DNA of 64,000 bases from Perkinsus chesapeaki ATCC PRA-425. Lineage: Eukaryota > Protista > Perkinsozoa. The notes under the pieces are model-generated. The model saw only the letters and a program-made list of their open reading frames with translations, did no database searches and was not told the origin of the DNA. Position numbers and translations under genes: made by a program. Below, one piece after another: positions 36,801-50,083 of this stretch (positions are counted from its first letter, which is position 1; every line of letters begins with the position of its first letter). The stretch covers positions 38,560 to 102,559 of the forward strand of contig JAAPAO010000051.1 of assembly GCA_013115145.1 (NCBI GenBank). Direction: 5' to 3'.

Positions 36801-38513
36801 GCGGTAAGTGATTATAACATGCTGTACATTTCACGAGGACCTATCAGAAGCAGTTCTCCCAATTTGAATGCCATTACTGCGTCGGGGTTGTCGAAGAAGA
36901 ACTTTGTGTCAGTGTGGTGCGTCCACGGCACCTTGACAAAGTCTACTGAGTCTGCCTGGCTTTTCAGAGCAACAGTTACCTCTGAGAGGCGATTTGAATC
37001 CATGTTCCCTAGCAGTAAAGTATCCGAGGTAAAGGCGACTATGAACTGATCCTAAAGCATACAGGATTGCTATTCATCGCTGTATCCGTTTATACATGAT
37101 AAATGTTTATTTTTGTTATCTCATTTCCCGTGCTGCTCTTGAAGACTATCGCTGTAGGTGAGGGCGTGTCTGGGATGAAGAGCTAGCGTTAAGAGCGCCG
37201 AATCTCTGCCTCACTGGAGACACCAACTCTCTTCACGGTTACTTGAGATGGTGATGTATATAGGAATTCCCACTCACCACGGAAACTGAACAACGACTGC
37301 TGAACCATGTCTGGATTAGTTTCACCCACAGTATTCTTTTCCAGCATACGTCAAACTGATCAAGCTCGCCAACAACGTTCCCAACATACAGTTTAGCCCC
37401 ATCTGGTCGCCAGGAAAGACACGTGAGAGCATGCAATCCCGGTACCGGACCGACGACAGATACCGACAAATAAAGACACATATGTTAGACGGTCTAACTT
37501 AGACCAAGTGGACACTACCTCAAACCATTCCCTTGTATTAGGGTCACAACTAAACAAGGCAACGATGCCCATTCCACCGACGGCAAGAGTATCTCCTGGC
37601 GGATTGAATGCACAACAAGAGAACTGACCTGATATAAGCACTTCCCTACTTGATATGCCTACTTGCGCTTGCCTTTCCCCAGCGACGGGTGTGTCGAGTA
37701 ATCGAATGTCCTGATATCGTGCCCAGTATCACAGTCAAAGAACCTCACCAAGTGATCGGTGCCAACCATGGCGATAGCACATAGGCCCCAAGCAACGGAT
37801 GTTACACAACACAGGCTATACGGCTTAACCAGTTGCAATATCTGGGGTGCACCCGTAACTTCAGATTCGAATGTGAAACGGAAGAGGCTCCCATCTGAGT
37901 GTGCTGCCACGATACTATATCCATCCATACTCTGGCACAGTGATACAACTGGGGAGTGCCCAGAATAGAGGTTAGCGCACTTTTGCGTTCTACAGTTGGC
38001 GACGCGCAAACGACCGTCGGATAGTCCCAAGACCAGTTGCATGGACTGGGAAGACGGCCAACTTAGGCAAGTCACGGGAGACGTTTGAGGCCATTTATTG
38101 CAGATGCTCTTCTTGTCACCCCATGATGCCCCTATCTTATACACGTAAACTATACTATCACTCTGTCCAATAGCAATTCGCGTACCATCAGGCGAGAAGC
38201 TCATACTTGTCACCATGTACCTAGTAATACCCTACCCGATCTTTCCCATGGTAACTGGACACAAACCTTGGGTTTTCTTTGTCCTGCGGTTTAGTAGGGA
38301 ATGCGTCTTTAAGTTCCCCCAATTCGTTCAGGAGGTGTACCTGTGTACACTTACACTTATGTTCCCGTGTTCTAAACAGTCTGTGTTAGTAACTACCTTG
38401 CCATCCATCCCAACAGTGCCCAATTTGTCGGCTCTTGGGCTCCAGCTCATCGTTGTGAGCTTGCCGAGAGAGCTCTTTCCTGGGATTAGAGTGCCGCTGT
38501 GCTCGACTTGCAT
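30802..38513 (-). CDS. IFT172: Intraflagellar transport protein 172, many exons
   Basis: N-terminus MQVEHSGTL...TTMSWSP and [53 protein letters not shown]. Repeat region [27 protein letters not shown] and [21 protein letters not shown]-terminus PCVVTGYPV...[19 protein letters not shown]. Confidence 0.95.
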
Positions 38514-38868
38514 TTTTTAATCGTCTTCGAATGGCAACAACATGATAGACGGTACTTTTGCACCTTTCCAAACCGAAATTTTTCCATTCTTGAGTTTGCC
38601 AGCTTCTTTGAAGGACTACCCCGAGGGGAAATACATCTTATTAACCCCGACTCAACCCAAAACATATGCAATACTCTCTGTAGGATGTTTTCCAATCCAT
38701 TTTCTTTCCTTTCCGTGACCTGCGCCGCTAATCGATCAGTATGGCGCGCGCAGAATGGTTAGCGCGTTTTGGTCGGGTCACTGCTGCTGGAGTTAACATT
38801 TGGCTGTAGAGGATAATGCTAGTAGATTCTTCGTTTCAGCCAATGCATTTATCCCAGCTATTATTCTA

Positions 38869-41152
38869 ATGACGTACCTACTCCAAAGGATGGTATTGAT
38901 AATTATATGCTTTAATTGGCTATCGCTGGCAGATCTGCCTGTCCATTGCTTAAGACATCAGGTAATAATGGGGTTCGCTAACCGTCGCGTATTTCGGTGT
39001 CCACGGGGTCCCCGGGGGGCAGGTTTGACGGGTTCTTCCGTGTTAGATTGTTGGTGATTGGGAGTTCTATATCGGGCCTTCTAGTACTGAACGATCGAGC
39101 TGTGGTCACAAGGTGAGTTCAACATATTAGTATTTGGTTTGGTGATAGCTAAACGCCAACTTGTAGCAACCCGACGTAGAGAGCCAAGAACCCGGAGAGG
39201 ACAGAATGCTTTCTGATAATACCAGCACACTTCGCATAACACTCTCCAATCCCAATAATGTAATCATGACAACTGATTCTACCCACAGGGGCACCTGGAC
39301 AATGGTCTATGACGAAGGATTCGAGGTGATGAATAAAACGCTTATTCCGGTCGACCATTGATATCTTCAGACCCGCATAGATAACAGAATATTCTTTGCA
39401 TTCTCCAATTTCGAACTATCTCGAGATGCTGGTGGTGTGAAGCATAACGTTTCTCACTGCGATAGGACTCTCGTGGGTTGGTATTCAGCTAAGAATCAAT
39501 CAGAGTTCGGGTGCTTTTATGGCCGCAAGGTAGTGACCCTGTTTCTGCTCATGGCAATACGCCCTGTTGCACCTAGACATCACCGACGGTCTCGTTCGAA
39601 GAGATTGAGGTGAAGAAAATGTCGCCTGCCTATGACCAGCCCTTGGGGGAAGATTATCACAGATCAGTTGTAGGCCGCTCGTGAAACTGTTATACAAGAA
39701 TTTAACATTTCAATATAAGGTTGATAAATTAAATAGCCGTGAGGGTACAACTTGGACTGCTGCCATCTATCCACGGCTGGTTGGTAAATCTCTACGTGAG
39801 ATAAACAAAATGTCGGGAATTAAGAGAAGCTCCCGCCCTGAGGATACACCACTCGAATATCTGACTCGAATTGAAAGAATAAGGTACGTTATGTTGTATC
39901 ATACATACAACTTGTATGGCAGTTGATTGATCACATGATCTCTTCCAGGAGTCGCCGTCGAAATCGTATTGAACTAGAGAGGACATCTCTACTGGACCTT
40001 GAGATGCTAAGTGCAGAACGGACATTACCAGACAGTATTGATTGGAGGAACATGAGCGGTAAGTATACTTACTGCTGGACCGTGATAGAATCGACACCTT
40101 AAACTGATGTGGGCATCTTGTTTGCCGATGATAATCGATTCTAATCAGGTGTTAACTACCTGGAGCCGATTATCGACCAAGGCTCTTGTGGGTCATGCTA
40201 TACCGTCGCTACAATGCGTATGCTCTCTGCAAGACACAAGATCAAAACGCGGGACCTCACAGCTGTTCCGTGGAGCATATCGTGAGCAATCACACTACGG
40301 CTTATGCGAAGTGGTAATTTTTGACTCCTTCAGTTTTCCCCTTTACTGTGCTGAGTACAATCAAGGGTGTGACGGCGGTTATGCCTTTCTGGCTAGTAAA
40401 TGGTCATCCGATGTTGGCTTGCTACCTGCAACGTGTGCAAAGTATGTTCTTCATGGACTACCCCTTTTTAGAGTGACCTTTTTCGAGGTACACGCCGAAG
40501 GATGGGAAGTGCGAGTTAACATGTGATCCGTCCACCATTCCCAAGTACAAGGCTTCGAATTATCACTACGTTGGTGGATACTATGGTGGAAGTTCGGCAG
40601 CTCAGGTCAGTACTACAGCTGTTGTCTGTAGATTATTCGAATTTGTCTTTGATTTGTAGATAATGAAGGAGCTAGTCGATGGCCCTCTCGTCCTCTCTCT
40701 CGAACCGGCCTCTGATCTTATATATTACAAAAGTGGAGTGTACAAGAGCAAGCTGCAAACAAACTTTACTCATGGTGAGATTATATTACATTTATAACAT
40801 GAAGACTGGTATATGTGTAGTTCCCGAATGGGAAAGAGTCGATCATGCTGTTCTCCTTGTGGGTTATGGCGAGGACAAGGGACAGAAATACTGGCTTTTA
40901 CAGGTGAGATTATTTTATCGCTTTACACTTTTCTATACATTACGTATCACATATGTTAGAACTCATGGGGCCCTGATTGGGGAGAGGATGGATACTTCAG
41001 AATTGCTAGAGGATATGATGATTCTGGTGTGGAGAGCATAGCTGTCGCGGTAAGAGATGTTATCTTATTGGCCCAAGATTGATCTTTAGGCGGATGTTGT
41101 CAAAGAACATAGACCCCAAGATATGTTCAAGAGCTTTGTAAAGATTACCTAA
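38869..41152 (+). CDS. Cathepsin C / dipeptidyl aminopeptidase (DPAP), with signal peptide
   Basis: Signal peptide, then exclusion-domain start [11 protein letters not shown]. Catalytic QGSCGSCY (~40177-40200), [27 protein letters not shown] and [19 protein letters not shown]. Confidence 0.92.
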
Positions 41153-41528
41153 GCAACTTAGTGACTGAGCATGCAGAATTTTTGCCGCCGGTGTCGTTAT
41201 CATGAACTAATCTTGTGTTTGCATTGAAGGAAGGAGTGTACAGGGTTTTTCATGTCGTATGCGACTCACCGAAAGAACTCAAAACAAAGCCGATTTCCGG
41301 GGCACAGAAGAACACGGCCAGGAGAAGCTGTTGCGGTTAGGCTCGAAATGCATATACAATTGATTATTGTTTCGGGTTATCTCATCAACCCACGCATCAC
41401 TCAATTCTATACTGAAAAGCAATCGGACAACACCAGCCTAAATCACTCAACACCATCGTTTTCGAGATAAAATGATATGAAGGAGAACTATTGCAAAAAA
41501 ACTATCTAGAAATAAACTACCGTTGGCT

Positions 41529-42031
41529 TCAACCAGTACGGAGAATAACGTGAACCTAAGTGGATAACAAAATTCATGGACGATGCTCACCGAACCGATC
41601 GAAGCTCACCCCAGACTCAGTCTCCACGGGCCCACTCATTTCGCCAACTTGTAGGCTGAATGCTGCTTCCTCGAAAGGTCGCTGCATCTCGCCTCTGAAA
41701 CGATAAGGTTGAGATATCGAATAATAAGAATGGTAGCATTCATCTACCTATCAAAATAGCCGAGATCGCCGCCGTTCTTGTACGAACCGCAGTCACTTCT
41801 CGCCATGGCAATCTCGGCAAAACGGCTTCTATCAGCCTTGAGCTTCTCTATAATATCTACAAGACGAACGGGAATTAATGCCAACGAGCCTCGGAGCAGA
41901 AACTGACCTTTAATTTCATTTAAAGCCTCCTCGTGAGAAATAGTTATATCATGACATGTTCTCCTGGAAACTGGGTTCCTAGAGCCCGTATGTTTGCATA
42001 AAATGTGAGATACACGAACCTTCTCAGTCAT
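41529..42031 (-). CDS. PIN1: Single-domain Pin1-type parvulin PPIase (no WW domain), 3 exons
   Basis: [35 protein letters not shown]|[28 protein letters not shown]|VHVILRTG*. Confidence 0.92.
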
Positions 42032-42280
42032 TTAAGTATTGGAAAAACCTCGCTAATCAAGCTACGAAGTATTTAGCCTAAACAGTACATCGATGATGCA
42101 AAAGATGCTTCTGGCGACGAGCGCGAGTTTAATGAGGCGAGCGAGATTTCCGAAAGTCGGAGCGAAGCACAAGGATTGTTTAGGCTTCAATTGATTGAAT
42201 TGTAAACACAACAAGTATTGCGTGAAACATTGCATAGTATGCACATTCAGAAACGAGAGGCTATTCACACCATGCATCAT

Positions 42281-43706
42281 TTATTGTTCTTTCCACTTGT
42301 CCTGTCGAATCCAATCTGTCCATTCTTGGAGAGTATCACCATGTGCCGAATTAGAGTAGAACAATCGAGCTTCAGCCAGCCCTCGCTCATCGAAGTCTTG
42401 GCCAAATATTTTATCCGAGTGCTCGCCAATTGCTCTTTCTCGAGCCTAAGAAGGAATAAAAGTTCTCACCATACGCATTAGCGGCTAGATGTCAGTGGCA
42501 TCATGTCACCTGCTTGCTATGTTTTGCGAGGACCTCGTAAACGTGGCCATACTGATAGTTAGTCCTCCGGATAATGGTCAAACCGCACTCCCGACACAGC
42601 TTGAGAATATCTCTATCTTGGAAGCACCCTATTACACAAATCTCATCAACATACTTATCTGCCGTACCGTGCGTCCAAGGATGTTCCGGGTCAGGGTAAG
42701 CCCCCGTTATATACCCGAGCCATCGCATAATTTTCCAACACGAGAGACCGTGTTCCAGTAACAGAACACGGTTTTTCGACACCTACACACACATTTGAAA
42801 AGGAGTCGCTGAACTCATTTCTAGTACACGCGCCATCTCCAGTAATGCACGTTTCGGATCCTCTGCTGAACACAATGCAAAGCTGCTTACCACAGTATCA
42901 AACGTGTTATCAGGGAACGGAAGTTTATGGAAATCCCCATGCACCTGCAGTTTTGTGAGCATCGTCTACCATTCCACCACCTAACAGTATGCTACTACCA
43001 GAGTTACGTGTTTCGGCTTAAGATCAAGGATGTTGTTTTCCATCCCTTCTATACTGTCGGTAGCCGTATCCAAGTTTCCTACAGCTTTCTCTAGCGCCTC
43101 ATCAACCTACAATATCTCATATGCCGCATCTCTCTATAACCCAAGTCGACTCACAAGGTCGATTCCAGTAAGGCTCTTGAGACGAGGGTTTACAATATAC
43201 TGCTGTAAGTTCTGTCGACCAGTTCCTATTCCGCACTCTAATACATGCCCTCTAGCAAATCGGAGAATCTTCCCTAACCACCGAACCATCTACATACCTT
43301 ACACCACTGATGGCATAGGCCTACTTCGCACATCTTCAATATCAGCCCTGGTCTCGGTAGTTCCCATCTCACCCCTGTCAATACCTTGGTGTTGGACCCA
43401 TCTACATGAGGAGGTGTTCTACACGCCCTGCTGCTAATATTATCATTTACCGGAAAGCCGCCAAGCGATGCTCTTCTGGAGGGGCTCCGAACTTTGGAGC
43501 GAGGAAAGCCACCTTAGTCTTGCTATCTGCATGACACCAATGCCTCAGTAAGAACTGCTGTCATCCCAGACCCTCCTGGTATTACCTTGATACTTGTGGT
43601 AGGCGTAATAAATACCACCCCAAGCCCCAGCACTCCAAAAGACTCCAAGAATGGCAGTCCTACCTCTATTACTATTTACCTTAAGCTTCCGGAGAAGCCA
43701 TTGCAT
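42281..43706 (-). CDS. Class I SAM-methyltransferase-like protein with N-terminal TM helix (Oms1-like)
   Basis: MQWLLRKLK..TAILGVFWSAGAWGGIYYAY (TM). Motif I GHVLECGIGTG, GDFHKLPFPDNTFDTVVSSFALCSAEDPKRALLEM and RVLLLEHG. This layout resembles yeast Oms1. Confidence 0.7.
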
Positions 43707-43889
43707 CACACCGTCAAGAACAGATTAGAAACCGATACTGGAAAAACACAACTGATGGAAAGTGATCAATTCCAACCACTGGAAGTAACACAATGTCAAA
43801 AGAGAAATGTAGAAACCCAACTTGTCACAATCGTAGTTCTTGGACATCACGCTAACTCCAGTCCTAATACTACCTACACCATTTCCTGC

Positions 43890-44261
43890 TTACTTGGAAA
43901 CGGAGCTAGGATTGAAAGACCTACAAGACACCATAGACAATACATCATAGCTTTAGTTAAAAAACGGTTACTTGAAAGCCTCATCAAAATCCTTAATGTC
44001 TTTTCGTGACACCTCTGCACCGTTAGCAAACCACTTCTCGCGGAACTGGACCTGAGTCAGCGAGAATAAAGATGAAAGATGGAGACCATCCTTCTCACCC
44101 CTGTGCTTTTCATTGCCTGTGTTCTGTAAGGCTCTTTAAGACACTTACGAAGAAGAGCAGCCATCTCGTTCGTGTACCTTGGAATATATACTAGCTTGAA
44201 TGCCGGTATGAACATTTGGCGCCTACTGATTGTACGAGACCTTGGCAGCCTGACGCCACAT
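43890..44261 (-). CDS. ATP5F1E: Mitochondrial F1 ATP synthase subunit epsilon, 4 small exons
   Basis: Spliced MWRQAAKVSYNQYTNEMAALLRKCLKEPYRTQAMKSTGVQFREKWFANG...FKSFNPSSVSK*. Matches the W..A..SY..Y....A..lR.cLKep epsilon consensus. Missed by the ORF track. Confidence 0.85.
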
Positions 44262-44520
44262 AGTCGAGAACCAGAAGCACAAAAAAACTGACTGATGAAC
44301 AACGGTGAGAACTGATCAAGTGCACAAGACCAAGAATTCCTGGGAAAAGTACAGAAAAAATTGGTGAAGGGGATGAGTTACAACAGTATGAAGAGATGAA
44401 ACCAGGCAGGGAGAATAGCTTGACCAATCATTGCATATTCTCCCTATCACGATACATCACCCCAGCAACAGCTACAAAATTATGACACCTTGCCACATAG
44501 TAGTTGTTTACTATATTTCT

Positions 44521-46965
44521 CTAGTAGTACTGTGGCTGCTGTTGAGGATATCCTGCTGTAGGATTTTGATACATCATTGGCGCCCCAGTGGCTGATGTTG
44601 CATAACCGGTAGGAGGCATCATAGTAGACATACTCTGTGGTGGAAGAGGACCTGCTTGACTCATGTTATACAAGTTGTTGACACTTCCGGCATAGTTAGG
44701 GAGGACCTAGTGAGAAAAGAGATTTACCAGAGTAAAGGAAAGCGAGTCAGATTCCTTACTGGTGTGCTATTATTAGGGAACATTGGATTTGTCTGTGAAC
44801 CAGCCGAGGAATCTGAGAGCAAAGCATAACTTGAAAGAATAGAAATTATACAACTCTCACTCATCTGAGACTGTACTGCCATTAGTTGCTTCATTAACTT
44901 CTTCAAGCCGTCTTTGTTAGACTTACTCTTTTTCGATCCTTTCCGATCTATAAAAAACCTTGTGCAGGATCCTAAGCGCACCTAGTTATCACTACCTTTC
45001 TTCGAAGTGGACCGCTGAGAAGCTTCGCCATCAGAAACCGTCTCGTCTTCTGCCTCGGGCTCCTTGAAAGGGTTGCTCTCCGACAGGGATTGATCCGAAC
45101 CAACCTAGAAGTTAACCGACTATGCCATTGTCAATAATAGGGCCTCATTCCCTGTACTACTCTTTTGCTATCCTTTTTCGGAGAATCATCGAAACTAACA
45201 TGTTTTTTAGCTTTGTTTTTATCCTTCTTATCTCCCTTTGACTTCTCCTCAGCTTCATTGCCCCACCATTCAGCATCGTCATCATCCATATCGTCATCAT
45301 CCTCGTCACTGTCAGAGTCGGAGGACATATCTGATCCAGGCAAGGTATGTTTAGTCAGTTTTTAGGTATACAAACCTTCTAGCATATTTTTAATGTCGTC
45401 AGTCGTTAGAGGCCTCCGGACAGAGTTAGTGGACGCTGGCAAGCTCAGTGCAGTAACAGGATTGGATGACAAATTCTCCGATGCAACCTAAATGAGAAGT
45501 CACATAAAGAGTGTATACGAAAAGACTGATTATGAATTATGATATATGAATTATTACCTGTTGCATAGTGATCAACCTCAATTGATTCATTTGGGTATTC
45601 AGTTGTTGAAGTAGTTCAGGATTAGAAGCTACTTGAGGATTAGAAAGCATCTCAGCAATCTGTGCCTAACATATAATGAACGTTACACGTAGTACTAACA
45701 AGAGACTTCGAATCACCTGCATTAATCTTATAAACTCCGCAGCTTGCTGATTCTGTCGGGCTTGCTCGTTCATTTGGATGGTAGCATTGGGAGCTTCCAT
45801 GGCCATCTGTAACATAGTCCGATAAATTCCTCGCCCATCCCATCCTCCTTAGTACACTCATTGTATCCTTCAGTTGATGCATGGCAGCTACATCCTGTAA
45901 AAGGCCAGGGTTAGCTAATACCTATCATGTTATCGATACTTAATATGATAATATCTCTATCATTACCGTATCCAACTGAGCTTTTAGTGTCATCAATACC
46001 TGTTGCTGCTGCGTCTGCATCTAAATACGAATTGATACTTCACTCACTCCATATATTTCGATGCTACAAATTGCATTCGTTGCTGCTGTTGTAACGATGC
46101 CGCCATAGCATTTGGGGTTGTCGTAGGAACGCCGCTATCCATCATACCAGCTCCTTGGCCCATTGCTGGCATTGTTTGCATCATTTGAGGGGCTTGTTGA
46201 GTAGGGTACGGGTAGGGATTCTGTTGCATAGGCGTGCCCATTTGAGGAGCGGTTGCTGGCATATGTTGGGGAATCTGTGTGATCGTTTAAGTTGATCGTG
46301 AAGTCTCTTAATTACGGACTACCTGTTGCTGCTCGAATTGTGGTGGAGGCGGGGCTTGCTGTTGCACCGGTGGAGGCTGAGAAGCAGGCGCCGGAGGTGG
46401 TGCAGGTGCTGGGGCAGGCGCGGCGAAAAATGGATCGTCATATCTGGATACGAGATCACTACTCTGACAATGACAACTTTATGATCTCACTCGTCATCCC
46501 ATGCTGGTGGTGGGGGTGGCGGAGGGGCAGAAGTCTTAGAATGCTTCTTCTTCTTGGGCGACTTTGTCGACTTGGCGGGTGCAGAAGATGCGGCAGGAGC
46601 AGACATCCTAATAAATTAGCCTTCGTCGTAAGTAACGTATTACAAGCCCTTTCTGTACCCTCCCGTTCGGCCTATCTTATCCGGTGGTGAATCGAGAACC
46701 TACAACCCACAGCAGTCTATGACTTTCTCGGAGTTCCAGATTAGTACATGATTCAGTGCTCGATTGAGATCGCCATCAGCCCCGCTCCACATTTCCTGCA
46801 GCCAATCGTCTGATAAGTCATTACCTGTTAATTGATGTAGTCAACACGCTGGTACTAGCACCCCTTCACTACCCATTAAAGACCTTGCCTGAGAGGCAAA
46901 GTTCTCAAAGTCAGCATCTTTAGCTCGCAACGCCATGATGGATTCAAAATCAACTGTTCATCCAT
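44521..46965 (-). CDS. Hypothetical protein with N-terminal CUE/UBA-like helical domain and P/Q- and D/E-rich low-complexity regions
   Basis: MDEQLIFESIMALR...LSDDWLQEMWSGADGDLNRALNHVLD. Pro/Ala run at ~46320-46520, Gln/Met-rich at 46044-46262, acidic run SDSDEDDDDMDDDD at ~45280-45325. Treating it as a single gene is an inference. Confidence 0.5.
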
Positions 46966-47478
46966 ATATTAAATAATCACCAGAGTTAGGGTGCACCGCA
47001 AAAGGGAGTGCACTGAATTTCGACACCTAGTGTTGCGGCAACACCGTTAGCGAATGTCGGGCTCGCCAGTTCGACCCGTACCTGGGGTGACTAGTGACAT
47101 CGATTTGGGATGATTACCAATGAAGGAGTTATGTTTCAAGCGTCATTACCAGCTTTTTAAATATGATAAATGACCTATTCATAATCGAATTGGAATATAT
47201 GACGAGACTAAAACGGCAGGTGTCTTAGGCAAAACTGATATGTCTGAAAGATTTCTAGTAGTATATATAGTTAGCCAATACTGCAACCTATCTGTTGATG
47301 TATACCGTGAACGCAAGAAAGGCTGAACATCACCGCCGACACGGCCCAATGCGCTCGCAGCGCAGAATAATCGCGCTCGCCAAAACAATCGATATGTTTC
47401 ACGGCCATCGGAGCTCGTGATCGCACCCCAGTACTGGATAAAGTGTTCTATCAGCTACTACCAAATCCTTTAATAATT

Positions 47479-48020
47479 ATGTTCTTCCGCACTTCCCTAT
47501 CTGTGACTCTATTCGGGGCTGTCATCGCAGCGGGGACTCAAAGGAAGGTGATACCCGTTTTTGTTGCCTGCTGGCTCGTGCTACGACGATTTTGACAAAA
47601 ACATAGCTGTTGGATACAACCTTAACTCAGGCGTCCTTCGATCCTGTCGCTGATCCAAAGATGAATGCTATCTTAAGTAAAATCGACCAGGAGATACAAG
47701 ACCTCGCCAACACTGAGATTGTTCCGCCTCTCCGGGGCAGCCCTATTGATATCCCCACCTCCCTTCTGCAAGAAAAGGATCAGAATGGTAAGTTATTGCT
47801 CTGAAAAACGTTCTCAAGCTTTGGATGCACCTTCAGATGCTGGTCTGGAACAAGCTATGCAAGCAATTGATGAAATCACAAACGGTCAACAAAAGGTGAG
47901 CTCGATTGTCGAATTGAGAACAAAGATCATTCCGATCGTTTGTAGTTGCTCCAGGATACCACTTCACAGCTCACAGACATCCAGCACCACTTGGATTCCC
48001 TGCTCACCGTTCACACGTGA
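47479..48020 (+). CDS. Small secreted helical protein, hypothetical, 4 exons
   Basis: Signal-peptide-like MFFRTSLSVTLFGAVIAAG. Exons join to LLDTTLTQASFDPVADPKMNAILSKIDQEIQDL...LEQAMQAIDEITNGQQK|LLQDTTSQLTDIQHHLDSLLTVHT*. Confidence 0.55.
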
Positions 48021-48284
48021 AGTTAGTCATGGTTTAATGAATATGGTTGTGTGGTTGTTTACACCTCGATTTGTGTTGACAGTTGTTCGTATCCATCCTG
48101 TGAGATGATGTTAAACGCATCCTAATGGATGACAGAGTTTGAGCGTAATAGCTGTACAACAGAACCACGGAGCAGCACTTATAGACTGAAGGAACGCAAA
48201 ACGACGAATGCGGACAACTCTAACGTATACATGGTTGTACTCTCTGATAATTATATAAATCATAAATAATCTAAATAATACCGA

Positions 48285-49850
48285 CTACTGTGAAATAGCT
48301 CGACTTGCTGATGAACCAATTGCCCGAGTATGCTTTTTACAGTCATGTCTGTAGCTCTTGAAGAGGAGGAGATAAAAAATTAGGCATATCATCCAAGGAA
48401 TACATGTAAGTATCATCATGGCCCTACTCAAAGCGTCTGCATTTTTATTCCGAATATCAGGTGGTATCTCAGCAATAGGTCTTGACGTATGTTGGTAATG
48501 AAACACCTTCTCTGCAATTATACCGACCATAGGTGGACCAAATAGAGCCCCGCAGGAACCTTCCAATGCAGTGAGCCAGGCAATGATGCTGGCTCTACTT
48601 TTGGTGTCGACTAGCTCTACCAGTATAGGTCGATTAGTAGCTACTCCAGGCCATGTGGCAACAAGACCAAAAATTATCAATAAGGATGCATACGTCCCAT
48701 ATGAGGAGGTGTCCCTCTGTACAACAAAAAAAGCTACTGCCAAGGTGGGGATTCCACCAGCTACGCTACAAACGGCGACAAAAGGACGACCAAAATACCT
48801 CCATCTTCGAGTGGCCCAGTCTCCCAGATTACCACCTAAGACGCCTCCGACGACAGCCGCTGCCATATAAAGGACAATCAGGCTCCCGGCGGCTCGATCC
48901 GAGAAACCGATGTATTGGAACCACAAAGTGGCAAAGGTGAAAGCCCCCCAAGGTATGGTACCAAAGCAACCTTGTAAAACAATAACCACAAAGGACCGAA
49001 CCTAAGAAAGATATACATTGGCGATGGTCGGTAGCCAATATAAGCTCACCTCTCTCAGATAGTAGAAGAGTTTCCTGTACTCTTCTGTTAAACTCTCAAA
49101 CCAAGTACGTGATGGGCTAGCCATCACTGGATCGACCTTAATTCCTTCGTGAAAGTCAGCAGCACCCCTTGGAGGCTCCTCAAAGAAGAACAACAGAGCA
49201 ATTGCAAGAAGAGCGCTTATAACACCAGTCAAGAGGAATGCAAGTCGCCAACCCATATAACCGGGAGCGATCATGATCCCACTGAGCCACGTACCAAATA
49301 AACTTGCAAATATCTGGCCGAGAGATGTAAAAGACTGTATGAATCCGAAGGTAGATCCACGATTTTGGGAGAGCGACACATCTGCAACGACGGACTGTGA
49401 TACCGGCATAATTGACGCCAAAGCGATTCCATTGAAACAACGTATAATAAACAATACCCAAAATGAGCTGGCTGCCGAAGTTAAAGCCGTGAATAAAGCC
49501 CAGCCCGCCACCCCGGTAGTCAGGACAATACGACGTGACATAGCATCCGATACTGCGCCCCATATTGGAGCAGCTGATGCCTGCCAAAATGCCTGACCCA
49601 TAGCAAGGTATCCAAGTGAACTCGGGGATAATCCCAGATCCACTTCCATTGCACGGTAGCAAGATGGCAGAAGCAACATATCTGTCCCCTCGATAGCACA
49701 TACTACATAGAGTAAACGCCTCACGCGCTCCCATCTAGCCTCAAACTCCTGGTCTGCGAGTTCAGTACTGGCTGATCGCTTCCCAGGGACAAAAAGAGGT
49801 ATGTCTTCCTCCTCCGTTGATGGAGTGCTTTTAGGGGATTTCGTAGCCAT
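48285..49850 (-). CDS. Major facilitator superfamily transporter (Spinster-like), 2 exons
   Basis: About 12 hydrophobic segments. MFS motif A variant WGAVSDAMSRR, DVSLSQNRGSTFG, GGNLGDWATRR and ELVDTKSRAS. Confidence 0.88.
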
Positions 49851-50083
49851 AGATCAAGAAAACAACTGAATGCGATACACTATCGTACACTAACCATAAG
49901 CAAACTCAAGTGACACGAGGTAAAGAAAAGACATCATACAATCTGTTACATCCCACGCATATCGGATAGTGATGCGAAGAGTGGGAGAATAATATATCAT
50001 CACTAGCACACCAGTGAAGGTTATTTGGTAGGGATATGCTTGGAAACTACTTATACTCGGAGTGTGGCTCATGAGATAGTTCG

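Noticed and set aside
38715-38781. Imperfect inverted repeat in the IFT172/cathepsin C divergent gap
   Set aside because: Two 6-bp arms with unequal spacing; weak and not an X-box.
47179-47410. Minus-strand small ORF(s) in the divergent gap
   Set aside because: No convincing start or spliced product. It could be a UTR intron of the downstream minus-strand gene.
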